Positions 9,651 to 19,588 of a DNA stretch of 64,000 nt are shown piece after piece. Under the pieces are notes generated by a model that was given only the letters and a program-made list of their open reading frames with translations, was not told the DNA's origin and made no database searches. The stretch covers positions 90,153 to 154,152 of the forward strand of contig CAVSBM010000008.1 in assembly GCA_963726175.1 (NCBI GenBank), written 5' to 3'. A program made the translations under genes and the position numbers. The stretch is from an uncultured Chloroflexia bacterium (GTDB lineage: Bacteria > Chloroflexota > Dehalococcoidia > GIF9 > AB-539-J10). How positions within the stretch are numbered: position 1 is the stretch's first letter; the number at the start of each line of letters is the position of its first letter.

Positions 9651-11003
9651 TTAAGAATATAAGTCAGCAATCGGGAATATCGGGTGCTTTTCCTTCGGTA
9701 TGGAGGCTAGGGCCGAGGCGGTTATGTACTGTGTAAAGGTCTTGGTCGCACTGTCAAAGAACCACTGACCAAAGGCGAGTGGTACAGCGCTGAAGTGTGT
9801 CGTCGAGTCAAACTTCACCCAGCCGCTGATGGTGTGCAGGTCAGTTGTCTTCAGAGCAGCATTAATCTTATCCGGGTCAACATCGCCTGCCCTCTTGATG
9901 GCATCGAGCATGATCTGAGCTCCCTCATAGCCATGTCCGATACCCGGTTCAGTGCCTGGCCTGTCGCATCCAGACCAGTCTGCAGCCAGCGAGGCCGCCG
10001 TTCTGCTGCCAATGCCGACGAAGCCATTCGCTACGGTATAAGTTGGCGACCACCATACCTCGCACCCCACACCATAGCCTAATGGCGGGGTTGTACCCCA
10101 GCTGTTTACATCCACAGGGAAAAGGGCTGCCCTTGCGGCCAAACATATCTTCGGTCGGAAGCCTGCCGCATAGCACTGGCTCCACAGCGCGCCGAAATGA
10201 GCGCCGGGACAATTGCCCCAGAGTATCTGAACATTAGCGGCTTTCCACGCATTTATCATAGCGGTGAAGTCCTGAGGAAGGGTCATGGGAAACAGTCCAT
10301 TGACATTGGCAACAGTATAGCCCTGAGCCTTCAACAGCTCAGGGAACGCGGCATACCAACCTACGCCGTCTGAGTCAGACGAGGCGAAGAGCCCCACTAT
10401 CTTGTTCGTGTTGGTCTTGGCACCGACCGCATCCATGTACATAAACCATGTGTCGACCATGGTATATCCGGGAACATCGCGTGGAGCTGGCTGCGGTGCA
10501 CCTATAGCAAAGCCGGAAAACCAGGTGTAGGGCCATGTTGAATTCGAGCGCATGCCGTAATACCAGGACTCAAAGGGACCGCCACAAATAATCTGTGGCA
10601 CGTGGTTCGCATTGGCTACCACCGAGGTAGGGTCGTGCAGGTCGCAAGGTGCATCAGGTGATATAAGGGCATCCACTTTATTCGTTACGACCAGGTCTGT
10701 ACTAAGAGGTCCCACCTTTGAGAAGTCGCTCTCACAATTCTTGTCTATCAACACGACAGGCACCGTCACGTTCCACTGTGACAGATATATTCCACCCAGT
10801 GCGTTCTGGTCGGCGACAGCCTTTTGCATCCCAAACAGTTGCTGACCAAAACCAGAAAACATGCCGGTTTCGGGGAGAACGGTTCCTAACACAACTTGTG
10901 TCGGGGCTCCCTCCTCCTCCTCCTCTTCTCCCCCACCACAGCCGATGAGGCCCACGCTGAGAGCAAACACCACAGCTAACAAGATTACCAAAAATTTCTT
11001 CAC
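9651..11003 (-). CDS. ABC substrate-binding lipoprotein (Liv/type-1 periplasmic binding fold)
   Basis: Signal peptide plus lipobox LIGC, followed by a GGGEEEEEEG linker. It heads the liv-like operon, with a GTG start after AAAGGAGG. Confidence 0.75.
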   Translation of the reverse strand: MKKFLVILLAVVFALSVGLIGCGGGEEEEEEGAPTQVVLGTVLPETGMFSGFGQQLFGMQKAVADQNALGGIYLSQWNVTVPVVLIDKNCESDFSKVGPLSTDLVVTNKVDALISPDAPCDLHDPTSVVANANHVPQIICGGPFESWYYGMRSNSTWPYTWFSGFAIGAPQPAPRDVPGYTMVDTWFMYMDAVGAKTNTNKIVGLFASSDSDGVGWYAAFPELLKAQGYTVANVNGLFPMTLPQDFTAMINAWKAANVQILWGNCPGAHFGALWSQCYAAGFRPKICLAARAALFPVDVNSWGTTPPLGYGVGCEVWWSPTYTVANGFVGIGSRTAASLAADWSGCDRPGTEPGIGHGYEGAQIMLDAIKRAGDVDPDKINAALKTTDLHTISGWVKFDSTTHFSAVPLAFGQWFFDSATKTFTQYITASALASIPKEKHPIFPIADLYS

Positions 11004-11727
11004 AACTATCTCCTCCTTTCTTTGAGATTTTCTCCGTTTCTCGTAGACTTTAATAATTTAGGCCGCTATTCACCTCCTTTTGGGATTAAGGCTGCGGATT
11101 TTGGTTTGGGCATTTCGCAAGCCTTATACCCCAGATTCTTGCAGTTACCTGGCCAACCACTTCTGTTTCCCACCACAGCAACTCTGCGGCAAAGGGAGAC
11201 CAAAAAACTGACGGAAAACCTCGACGCTGTAACGATCGGCAGTCTAGTTTCTGCAAAATCGCGCCTCCTCATCACCACACAATAATTATAACACCTAAAT
11301 GTTAGAATCTTGTTAAGATTTTGGTAGCGTGTAAAGAGCTTACATTTCTACTGGATTCCCCCACAGGCAATGACGTTATCCTAAGTTAGTTGTTTTTGAA
11401 AGCTTCTCAATATTGTGTACTCGTTCACCTCCGAAAAAGTCGACCTCGTCAAGTGCCATCAGCCCCTTTGCGTCTCATCTATTGAACGCTTCAAGTCCCT
11501 ACGACACTCATTATGGGGGCCTCTGTCTTAGGGTCTGCTTTCATAATCTTACAGTCCTCCTTCCATATTAAGACTTTGTAGCCCACTCATAATCATAATC
11601 TAACGCGTAAGGTGGTGTTCCTCTGAGCCGGCAAGCAAGTACTTATTGACAATAAGAATCACGGAAGACTACACTCAATTCACAGCGTAAATGTTGACCG
11701 AGGAATACTTTGAAAAGGAGGTGAATC

Positions 11728-12291
11728 ATGTCAGCTATACCAGCGTTTGAAATCGGTGTATGGAATGTCTGGTTATTAATGCTGCCCCTCTTTCTAATTC
11801 CCGCGATAATGAGCTCTATCAAAAAGGGGCTATTTAAGAAGACGGAATCCACAGCTAACCTTAGCAAGAGAGAGAAGAGAGTTTTTGTGTTATCGAAAGT
11901 AGTCTTGGTACTCACCTTTCTTTACTCTATCTTTCTGCCATTAAGATTAGGGACGCTATGGTTTTACATAGGTCTTCCCATCAGCTTGTTAGGGATAGCG
12001 ATGTACATCATCGTGAGTGTGAACATTGCTAATACACCGGTCGATAGACCTGTCACCAAGGGCTTATATCGCTATTCAAGACATCCTATGTATATGGCTT
12101 CCATTCCTGCTCTTGTAGGCGCAGGCATTGCTTCTGCTTCTTGGCTTTTCTTGTTACTTTCAATCCTATTCGCTGGCACACACCTTATGAATGGAATCTT
12201 CGAAGAACGCTTGTGCCTCGAAGCATATGGTAGCGTCTATCAAGAGTATTTGGATAGAACTCCAAGATGGATAGGATTACCGAAATCCTAA
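11728..12291 (+). CDS. Isoprenylcysteine carboxyl methyltransferase (ICMT)/phospholipid methyltransferase-family membrane protein
   Basis: Multi-TM ORF with GLYRYSRHPMYMA and ...EERLCLEAYGSVYQEYLDRTPRW. The SD is AAAGGAGGTG. Confidence 0.7.
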   Translation: MSAIPAFEIGVWNVWLLMLPLFLIPAIMSSIKKGLFKKTESTANLSKREKRVFVLSKVVLVLTFLYSIFLPLRLGTLWFYIGLPISLLGIAMYIIVSVNIANTPVDRPVTKGLYRYSRHPMYMASIPALVGAGIASASWLFLLLSILFAGTHLMNGIFEERLCLEAYGSVYQEYLDRTPRWIGLPKS

Positions 12292-12466
12292 ATGCGGCAA
12301 TTATGTGTAATAACACCAGTTTCAAACGGACGAAATTGCATAATACTTATGCTGCGGTTAGATTGGTGTAGAGCCGGTAGTAGCTTCTTCTCAAACATTA
12401 GTCAGGGAACCGCCTGAATAGCCCACCAGAGTTAGCGGTATTACCACATTCCAGCAAGACACTCGT

Positions 12467-12856
12467 TCAAATTTTACCGTAAGGGCCCTTCCAGTTATCG
12501 GCTATGTCTGGAAATTTGGAGTATCCATTATTTCTGATAAATTCAATCGCTTGCCGGTATTTTCCATATTTGTATCCGCTTTTCCCATATAGCTCATGGA
12601 TTATTTTGCAGCTGGAGTAATCGTCACAGTCGGGACAGGTTTCCAAATGTCTATCTCGAAAGCAACAGATTTTGATCTTACATCTGGCTTTATTGATGTC
12701 TCTTTCTCCAGTTTCGTATCCCAATTTACATCCACGGCATGCACCCTCCGTAATGAATGCACGACAGGTTTTGCAGTATGCGCCACAACATCCGATTTCT
12801 CTTACTGACACTGAGCGAATACCTCCTGCCAAATTTACTTTCTTACTATCGCGCAT
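12467..12856 (-). CDS. Cys-rich DUF3795-family protein
   Basis: CGAYCKTCRAF...CRGCK...ARCKIKICC...ETCPDCDDYSSCK pattern. Confidence 0.65.
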   Translation of the reverse strand: MRDSKKVNLAGGIRSVSVREIGCCGAYCKTCRAFITEGACRGCKLGYETGERDINKARCKIKICCFRDRHLETCPDCDDYSSCKIIHELYGKSGYKYGKYRQAIEFIRNNGYSKFPDIADNWKGPYGKI

Positions 12857-13018
12857 GTCTCATTTGAGTGCAATGTGAGGTCAGAACGTGCTGCAAATCA
12901 GGGGGTGAGCCCTTTCTTCTCAAATAAAAGTTCGGGAACTGTCCCTGAGGACGGACCACGGGCAATTAAATTCAAAAATTTCCTTTAAGGTTTATCGTCT
13001 CCTCATTTGAGTACCCTC

Positions 13019-13072
13019 TTGACAAAAAAAGGCTCAGTGTATAATAATATCTAGATATATCTAGATATTATT
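13019..13072 (+). promoter_or_regulatory. padR promoter with overlapping palindromic operator
   Basis: TTGACA 13019-13024 and TATAAT 13040-13045 (15-nt spacer). They overlap a perfect 30-nt palindrome AATAATATCTAGATATATCTAGATATTATT (13043-13072), 38 nt before the padR ATG. Confidence 0.6.
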
Positions 13073-13109
13073 TGTGCCACATTAATTAATGAGACGAAAG
13101 GAGGTGTAA

Positions 13110-13622
13110 ATGTTTAGAGGCCGGATGTTTCACGAAGAGCGATTCTTTCGAGGTTCGCGGAGATGGGCTTCATTTCACAGAGGTGACCTCAAATACGTAA
13201 TCTTGGACCTGCTGAAAGATAAGCCGAGGCATGGCTATGACATCATCAGGGAACTAGAGGAGCAGTCCTACGGTTTCTATAAGCCCAGCCCCGGAGTTAT
13301 CTACCCTACGCTCCAGATGCTGCAAGAAATGGGATATGTGAGTTCCACCGAGCAGGAAGGCAAAAGAGTCTACTCGATTACGGAAGAAGGGCTCAAGTTT
13401 CTGGAGAGTCAGAGTGATATCGCCGATGACGTGAGAAGGCACATGAGACACAGGTGGGGTTTTAAGAATATTGGCGGGATGGTCAGGGTGATGGCAGAGT
13501 ATCATGCGCTTGAAGATTTGCTGGGCAGCGGCCTTCGCAGATTAGATGCTGACAAAGCAGAGCTGATTTGCGGGATTCTGTCTCGGGCTTATCATGAGAT
13601 CGAGTCTGTGCTACAAGAATAA
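13110..13622 (+). CDS. PadR-family transcriptional regulator
   Basis: LKYVILDLLKDKPRHGYDIIRELEEQSYGFYKPSPGVIYPTLQMLQEMGYV...RVYSITEEG is a winged-helix signature. Confidence 0.85.
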   Translation: MFRGRMFHEERFFRGSRRWASFHRGDLKYVILDLLKDKPRHGYDIIRELEEQSYGFYKPSPGVIYPTLQMLQEMGYVSSTEQEGKRVYSITEEGLKFLESQSDIADDVRRHMRHRWGFKNIGGMVRVMAEYHALEDLLGSGLRRLDADKAELICGILSRAYHEIESVLQE

Positions 13623-13640
13623 GATAAAGGAGGGCTAAAG

Positions 13641-13844
13641 ATGGGTTACTTCAGAATATTGGCAGCGATACCGGGTTTCTTCTTGAGTTCGTTCTTCCTC
13701 ATGCTTCTCTGGGATCCTATTGCTGCGAGACTGGGCATCAGCGTGGATATTAACTATGTCACAGCCATGCTGATAAACATCACACTCTGGATAGCAGTAG
13801 CTCCCCTGGCCGCAGTTTCGGCTAAAAAGAAGTTCTTTGATTAG
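13641..13844 (+). CDS. Small 2-TM membrane protein co-transcribed with padR
   Basis: 67 aa and hydrophobic. The SD AAAGGAGGG lies 18 nt after the padR stop. Confidence 0.5.
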   Translation: MGYFRILAAIPGFFLSSFFLMLLWDPIAARLGISVDINYVTAMLINITLWIAVAPLAAVSAKKKFFD

Positions 13845-14142
13845 AACTGTGCCATAGGGCGACTGCTATTTGACGAGATAAGACTGAGAGACTCAGTGCA
13901 AACCTTTTTGCCAGAGAAGTGAACTGGTGGGCGGAGCAAAAAGAGAAGGCAATCTCGGGCATGTATAATGCCCGTAAGTATGCTGCAGGATTAAAAGATT
14001 AGGACATATGCTCTGCCTGTGGATGCGGAAGTCATCGAGGATTGTCGACGTGGAGGAGTAATCGCTGTACTGCCGAAACTAATCTCGTTCTTCTCACACA
14101 AAAGTTCGGAACCCTCTCTCAAAGCCTACTAAGTGTGATGTT

Positions 14143-16183
14143 CTAATTCAATCTTTGAGTAAGCTCATCTACAGTCAGGAATTTCCCGGTAGTCTCTACT
14201 TGATGAACCAGTTTAACCATCAGAGAATTAACCGGGGTCGGAATACCATTTTTCTTTCCTAAGTTCACGATTTCTCCATTCAAATAATCAACTTCCGTGC
14301 TCTTCCCTCTCTTTATACTCTGCAAGATAGAACCCAGAGTATGTTGCTCACCTCCAGACTCGATGGTATTCTTCATCATAGATGAGGCCTCTGACAGTGG
14401 CATTTTAGCTATTGTTTCTATCAAATGAAAGCGTAAAGCCGGGTACGGGCGCTGTTTTGATTCCAGCTAGTCTGATGACCTCTAAACCTTCCTTCATCAG
14501 CTTGATGTTTAATTCTCTAATTTGGGGGTAATGATTACCTTCTTGATATGACAAGCCTGTCACTGCCGGAACAGCAGTAAGCAGATTCCAGAGAAGCTTG
14601 GTCCAGTGCGCTCCACGAATGTCCTCACTTATATCTGTGGGTAGAGCTTTGTTGAGTAATGTTAAAAGACTTTGCAATCGGTTTCCCTTGACACCAAAGG
14701 GTAATGTCCTCTTAGAAGACTCGATAGAAATGTCCTCTTTCCGAGCAAAATATGGTAAAGAATAGGCATCTTGAAAGGAGGTGTCTGAATGGAAGGAGGA
14801 CCTTTAGCTATGAGCCAGAAGGAACGTTTGGCGTCTGGTCATGATGAACAAGGTGAGGGAGAAGGCAATGACGATCAAAGAGGCAGCGGAAGTGATGGGG
14901 ATAAGTTACCGGCAAAGTCGGCGGATATACAGACGATATAGGACTGAAGGAGATAAAGGGCTAATACATCGAAATCGGGGGCAAGCCATCGAACCGAAGG
15001 AAGGATCTGTGAGTAAAAGAGATAGGTATTAGCCCTGTATAGGGAACAATACTGGGATTTTGGGCCGACTCTGGCGGCAGAGAAACTTATAGAACGAGAT
15101 GGATATGAGGTTGACCACGAGACGCTGAGACGATGGCTTCTGGCAGCAGGGCTATGGAAGAGGCAAAGGAAACGACTCAAGCACAGACAACGGCGAGAGC
15201 GGAAAGCCCACTTTGGAGAATTGGTACAGATGGATGGCAGTCACCACAAATGGTTTGAGGATCGCGGAGAGGAACGATGTCTGATGGACATGGTAGACGA
15301 TGCGACGGGGAGGACTCAGGCTCTGCTAAGCGATGGAGGAGACTATCAGTAGCAGCGATGAAAGTGCTATGGGCATGGGTTGAGAGACATGGGATTCCGA
15401 AGGCCATATATGTTGACTGGAAGAACATCTATGTAACGACAGCGAGAGCCGACAGTGGAGGAGCAGTTGGCTGGGGAGCTACCTTTGACACAGTTTGGGA
15501 AAGCATGCCGGAAGCTAGGTATAGAGATCATAACGGCCAGCTCTCCTCAGGCAAAAGGGCGTGTAGAGCGAAAGCATGGACTATACCAGGACCGCTGGGT
15601 GAAAGAACTGCGTCTGGCAGGCATTAGACGATACTGAAAAGGCTAACCAGTCTGTAAGTGGATTTACAGAAAAGCTCAACGCCAGGTTTGCAGTGGAGCC
15701 TCGAAGCTCAGCAGATTTTCATCGGCCGGTGCCGCAAGGCTCTCCTATTAGAAGGGCTGTTTTGCTTAATAATTTAGAGTATAATGCTTTACCCGGTTCA
15801 AGGAATTCACAATTATATATAACGACACTGCTGATGATATTTTCTTTTCCCAAAACCCCAGCTACGATGTCATCGCTCTGAACTCCGTTTTGCGTAGTAA
15901 CTACCGGAGCGCCAGATAGAAATAGCTGTGCTTTCCTGACTGAAGATTCAACATCCTGGGTCTTTACAGTTAACAAGGCCAAATCCGGTTTGAAATCAAG
16001 ATTGTCGGCAGATTTAACCCGAATTACCATTTTCCCAGATGGTCCCTCAAGGACTAACCCGTTCTGGTTTATTGCATTAACATGGGGTTTCCGACCTATT
16101 AGAGTGACATCTTCTCCAGCTTTAGATAAAAGACCACCAATTACACTCCCGACAGCCCCTGCACCGATAACAGCTATCTTCAT
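14143..16183 (-). pseudogene. panE: 2-dehydropantoate 2-reductase (PanE/ApbA), interrupted by an IS remnant and frameshifted
   Basis: The N-terminal Rossmann half is MKIAVIGAGAVGSVIGG... (15719-16183). The C-terminal half is split between 14405-14677 (DIRGAHWTKLLWNL) and 14143-14424 (GKSTEVDYLNGEIVNLGKKNGIPTPVN). About 1 kb of transposase-derived DNA lies in between. Confidence 0.8.
14690..15745 (+). mobile_element. Decayed, 3'-truncated IS (ISNCY-like HTH + DDE transposase pseudogene)
   Basis: MSQKERL at 14810, then MTIKEAAEVMGISYRQSRRIYRRYRTEGDKGLIHRNRGQ. Fragments DFGPTLAAEKLIERDGYEVDHETLRRWL, HFGELVQMDGSHHKWFEDRG and ITASSPQAKGRVERKHGLYQDRWVKELRL are scattered over all three frames. A direct AATGTCCTCTT repeat sits near the left end. 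Boundaries are approximate. Confidence 0.7.
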
Positions 16184-16264
16184 AATAGCACCTCCTTTTC
16201 TAGATACAATTACTCTTTTTCATCGAAGACAATATCTTATCCAGAAATCGAATACTTACTGGAA

Positions 16265-16531
16265 CTATTTGCCATACCTTAGCTTGGCATATAACATGGC
16301 ACATCCTAAGCCAAACGTTACGGCATTCCAAATAATTATTGGTAGACCCGATGGTAGACCCAATACAATCCCGTAGGACAGCCAAAAAGCTATACCCAAA
16401 AGGAAAAAGATGGTGAATGGCAGGCTTATCTCATGCGCACTCCTGAGCCTGAACAGACGCCATACTTGTGGGACAAATCCCACTGTGGTCAAAGCTCCAC
16501 CGATGAATCCTAACAGTTCTTTCCAATCCAA
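16265..16531 (-). CDS. SemiSWEET (PQ-loop/MtN3) 3-TM transporter
   Basis: About 88 aa with three TM segments: LGFIGGALTTVGFVPQVWRLFRLRSAHEISLPF... The likely start is the TTG at 16531, 6 nt after AAAAGGAGG. Confidence 0.7.
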   Translation of the reverse strand: MDWKELLGFIGGALTTVGFVPQVWRLFRLRSAHEISLPFTIFFLLGIAFWLSYGIVLGLPSGLPIIIWNAVTFGLGCAMLYAKLRYGK

Positions 16532-16863
16532 GGTGTGCCTCCTTTTCTGCACGTTGTTATAGTTTACCTATTGCTTTCTCAAATCAATATCCTGCTGCCA
16601 ATTATACCATTCGAAGCTAAGATGAGGACGTTCTCTACCCATTCATGGAGGTGTCTTCCGAAGAAAAGGTGGTGAATGCCATTAGCGCTAATAGAGATAT
16701 CTTGGCGCAGGGGCTGGAGCACGCAAAAAAGTTCGAAAAACCAAGTTATTGAGCAGTATCAAGAAATGGACGACCTTGACAATGTGCCACGAAAACCCCC
16801 CTTCTGAGATACCAGGGAAGAATAGACTTCCCTTCCTCAGCCGGGAACTTCAAGTCACTATTA

Positions 16864-17244
16864 TCAAGGTCTCAATTCGTAAGATACTGGTATCTTAGTA
16901 TCTGCGCCCACCACCTCTACCACCAGACCCACCACCTCTACCATACCCACCACCCCCACCACCCCCACCACCCTACCGTACCCACCACCTCTGCCGCCTT
17001 CGGTGCGGGGCCGTGCCTCACTGGCACTGAGCGTCCGCTCTTTCAATGATGTCCCATTAAGGCCATTGATGGCAGCCTGGGCCTCGGTTTTCGTTGGCAT
17101 CTCGACGAACCCAAAACCCCGAGATTCGCCGCTGTACCTGTCCTTGATGATGCTCACCGTTGCGACCTGGCCAAAAGCTTCAAATGCCTTGCGCAACTCG
17201 TCTTCGGTGACCTCGCGAGATAGATTGCCCACATATATGTTCAC
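16864..17244 (-). CDS. Glycine-rich RNA-binding protein (RRM domain)
   Basis: VNIYVGNLS (RNP2) and RGFGFVEM (RNP1), with a GTG start at 17244 after AAAGGGGGG. The expected tail GGGGGGGGGYGRGGGSGGRGGGRRY* is in the +1 frame and ends at 16895. The as-read frame gives an odd VVGVVG tail. Confidence 0.85.
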   Translation of the reverse strand: MNIYVGNLSREVTEDELRKAFEAFGQVATVSIIKDRYSGESRGFGFVEMPTKTEAQAAINGLNGTSLKERTLSASEARPRTEGGRGGGYGRVVGVVGVVGMVEVVGLVVEVVGADTKIPVSYELRP

Positions 17245-17381
17245 ACTATTAACCCCCCTTTCAGATTTTATTTCCTTACCCTGCCTGCAGGCAGATTTCT
17301 GGAACACACTGAGTCCTTCTATTTCTAAATTTTGGGGGGCTGGATTCGGTTCCAGCCCCCTTTGAATCAAGCTACAGTGAA

Positions 17382-17687
17382 TTACTTAGGACTGCTTGGC
17401 TTATTCTTGCTGTAGCATTCACTGCAATACACTGGCCGGCCCTCGCGAGGCTCAAAGGGCACTTCACATTCCTTGCCACACTCAACGCACACCGCGGCAT
17501 GCATTTGGCGGCTAGCTCTGGGGCCTCTGGAGTCGTTGTACTGCGCTCTCTTTGCCTCACGGCAAGCAGGGCAACGCTTCGGCTCATTAGTATATCCCCT
17601 ACCAGCATAGAACTCTTGTTCTTGCGCGGTAAAGGTGAATTTGGCGCCACAGTCAGCACATTGCAGCGTTTTGTCCGCAAATCCCAT
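17382..17687 (-). CDS. Zinc-ribbon protein (two CxxC...CxxC knuckles)
   Basis: CADCGAKFTF...RCPACR and CVECGKECEVPF...VYCSECY. The SD is AAGGAGG. It lies immediately upstream of the RRM gene. Confidence 0.7.
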   Translation of the reverse strand: MGFADKTLQCADCGAKFTFTAQEQEFYAGRGYTNEPKRCPACREAKRAQYNDSRGPRASRQMHAAVCVECGKECEVPFEPREGRPVYCSECYSKNKPSSPK

Positions 17688-17881
17688 TGGATGACCTCCT
17701 TTCTTTCAAAACTTGGTTCGAGTCTCGGTCATCCAACGTTCGCGAATGGGCCCAAAAGAGCTCTCGTAGAGACGTGGTAACCTACACTGATAACCACTGG
17801 TTTAAGTATAATGAGGCACTTCAAAAATTGCAACTGGTGGGGGTAAAGTGGGCAAATCCGGTAATGACTATATGCGTAGCG

Positions 17882-18022
17882 TTACCTTCTCAGGATGGCC
17901 AGTATACCAACCACGATAAGGCCGATGCCCAGAATCCATTGCAGCAAATGGGGGATAGCCAGAATCAATATGCCAATGATAATCGCAATGATCCCCATCC
18001 ACAGTCCGGTTATTTTCGGCAT
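17882..18022 (-). CDS. Small membrane protein, DUF3096-like (46 aa; below the ORF-track cutoff)
   Basis: Hand translation gives MPKITGLWMGIIAIIIGILILAIPHLLQWILGIGLIVVGILAILRR*. AAAGGAGGTG lies 9 nt upstream of the ATG at 18022. Confidence 0.6.
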   Translation of the reverse strand: MPKITGLWMGIIAIIIGILILAIPHLLQWILGIGLIVVGILAILRR

Positions 18023-18400
18023 GATAATCCCGCACCTCCTTTGTTAAATTTCAGGCTACAGCCTTCATTACAATTCTAGAAATGAAGTATCACGAAGTCA
18101 ATAGCCTGTGCCAAATCCAGAGCCTGTGTTTCGGCTAGTTATTACCCAAGTTGTCCTCGGTGTCGTGGAGGAAAATGCTGATGTAGTTGTCAGCCGTAGG
18201 TTTAGGCGACAGTGAGCGGGAGCAAACGTTCCGCCCAAATTTTGATAATCTTGCGCCATAATGGATGGCCGAAAGGAATTCCGGTGGACACAGAGTCGAG
18301 CCGGGTGAGTTACTCCCCCGAATGGATGGCATAACCATTATATTGACCCATAGCAGTCTTATATCTATAATGGCATGATCAAAAACAAGGAGGTGCAGCC

Positions 18401-19511
18401 GTGATTAAATCAAGATTGTGTGACCGGCTGGGAATCAAATACCCCATCATTCAGGCAGGGATGGGTCCCTTCAGCAACAACAACCTTTGTGTTGCCACGG
18501 CCAACGCAGGCGTCCTCGGGCTGCTTTCCACGAGTGGCCTTTTTGAAAAGGAAAGGCAACCCTGGATCTACAAAGCCTTTGTCGAAACCGGGGAGGCTAA
18601 AATTGAGGATGATATGGCTACGGCCCTGGAAAAAGTACTGAGGCGCACAAACAGGCTGGTCAAAGATAAAGGTGGCGTCTTCGGCATCAATGTGATGGTC
18701 TCGGCAGAAGTAATCCAGTATTCGCGAGTACTGATTGATGCAGCTATCAGGGTCCGTCAGGAGGACCACGATATGAAAGACCACTTCAAAGTGATTTTTA
18801 CGTCCGCTGGCGACCCAGTGGGCTGGGCAGAAAAAATAAAAGGCGCCGGATTCACCTGGATTCACGTCGTGCCCTCGGTGAGGGCTGCCTTGCGCTGCAA
18901 GAAAGCCGGCGTGGACGTGATAGTAGCTTCCGGTCATGAAGGAGGTTTCCACGTCTCCTGGGAACCCGTTCACTCAATGGTCCTACTCCCGGCTGTCGTA
19001 GATGCGGTCTCAGACGCCAATACCCTGGTCGCCGGCGCCGGTGGCTTTTGCGATGGCCGGACGCTGGCAGCAGCAATGATTTTAGGTGCAGACGGAGCTC
19101 AGATAGGGACACGCTTTCTGGCAACGCAGGAAAGCGATTTCCCTCAGATATGGAAGGAGGGCGTTGTAGCTTGTGAAGATAGAGGTACACTCGTAGCCCG
19201 CGGCTTTGTCGGGCCGGCCCGGTGGCTGAAAACACCGCGCAGCAGCTGAACATGCCAGAAACACCCTCCAGAAATCACCGGGTGTTTTTCTGGGAATCCC
19301 GGAGGACTACTCCACGGCCGATATGTTGACTAATTTTGAAATTGAGTCCATCAAGGCTGTCTACGACGGCAACAAAGAGAAAGCGATGATGGCTGCCGGG
19401 GAGGCGGCTCAGCGAATTAAAGATATGCCCAGAGTTAACGATTTAGTGCAGCAGATTGTCAAGGAAGCAGAGACTGTCCTCAGGAACGTCCCCGAAAAGG
19501 TCCTGGCGTAA
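18401..19511 (+). pseudogene. Nitronate monooxygenase/FabK-like FMN oxidoreductase, one frameshift
   Basis: YPIIQAGMGPFS...VASGHEGGFH...GADGAQIGTRFLAT. ORFs 18401-19249 and 19323-19511 join as ARWLK-HRAAAEHARNTLQ if one A of the A4 run near 19229-19232 is dropped. Confidence 0.75.
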
Positions 19512-19588
19512 GGTCTAAGCCAGACTATACAAAACCCAGCAGTTTTCTCGCTTTGCTCAGGGGTTCCTGACACTTCTTCAGGGTTTGT

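Noticed and set aside
11004-11727. Long non-coding gap upstream of the liv-like operon, considered for a riboswitch, T-box or small genes.
   Set aside because: No conserved riboswitch core was recognised. Only 17- and 27-codon ORFs with weak signals are present. It is possibly eroded gene remnants.
16645-16752. 35-codon ORF MEVSSEEKVVNAISANRDILAQGLEHAKKFEKPSY.
   Set aside because: It is too short, has no SD, and I could not recognise a family. It may be a gene fragment.
17687-18079. 130-aa plus-strand ORF.
   Set aside because: It is antisense to the well-signalled DUF3096 micro-gene, has low-complexity composition, and its start is embedded in the Zn-ribbon gene's SD region.
18080-18400. 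Possible riboswitch or structured leader upstream of the DUF3096 gene (repeated AATGGATGGC, ATAATGG...CCATTAT pairing). Also the 67-aa ORF at 18135-18338.
   Set aside because: I could not match any riboswitch consensus that I know. The ORF has no SD and no recognisable motif.
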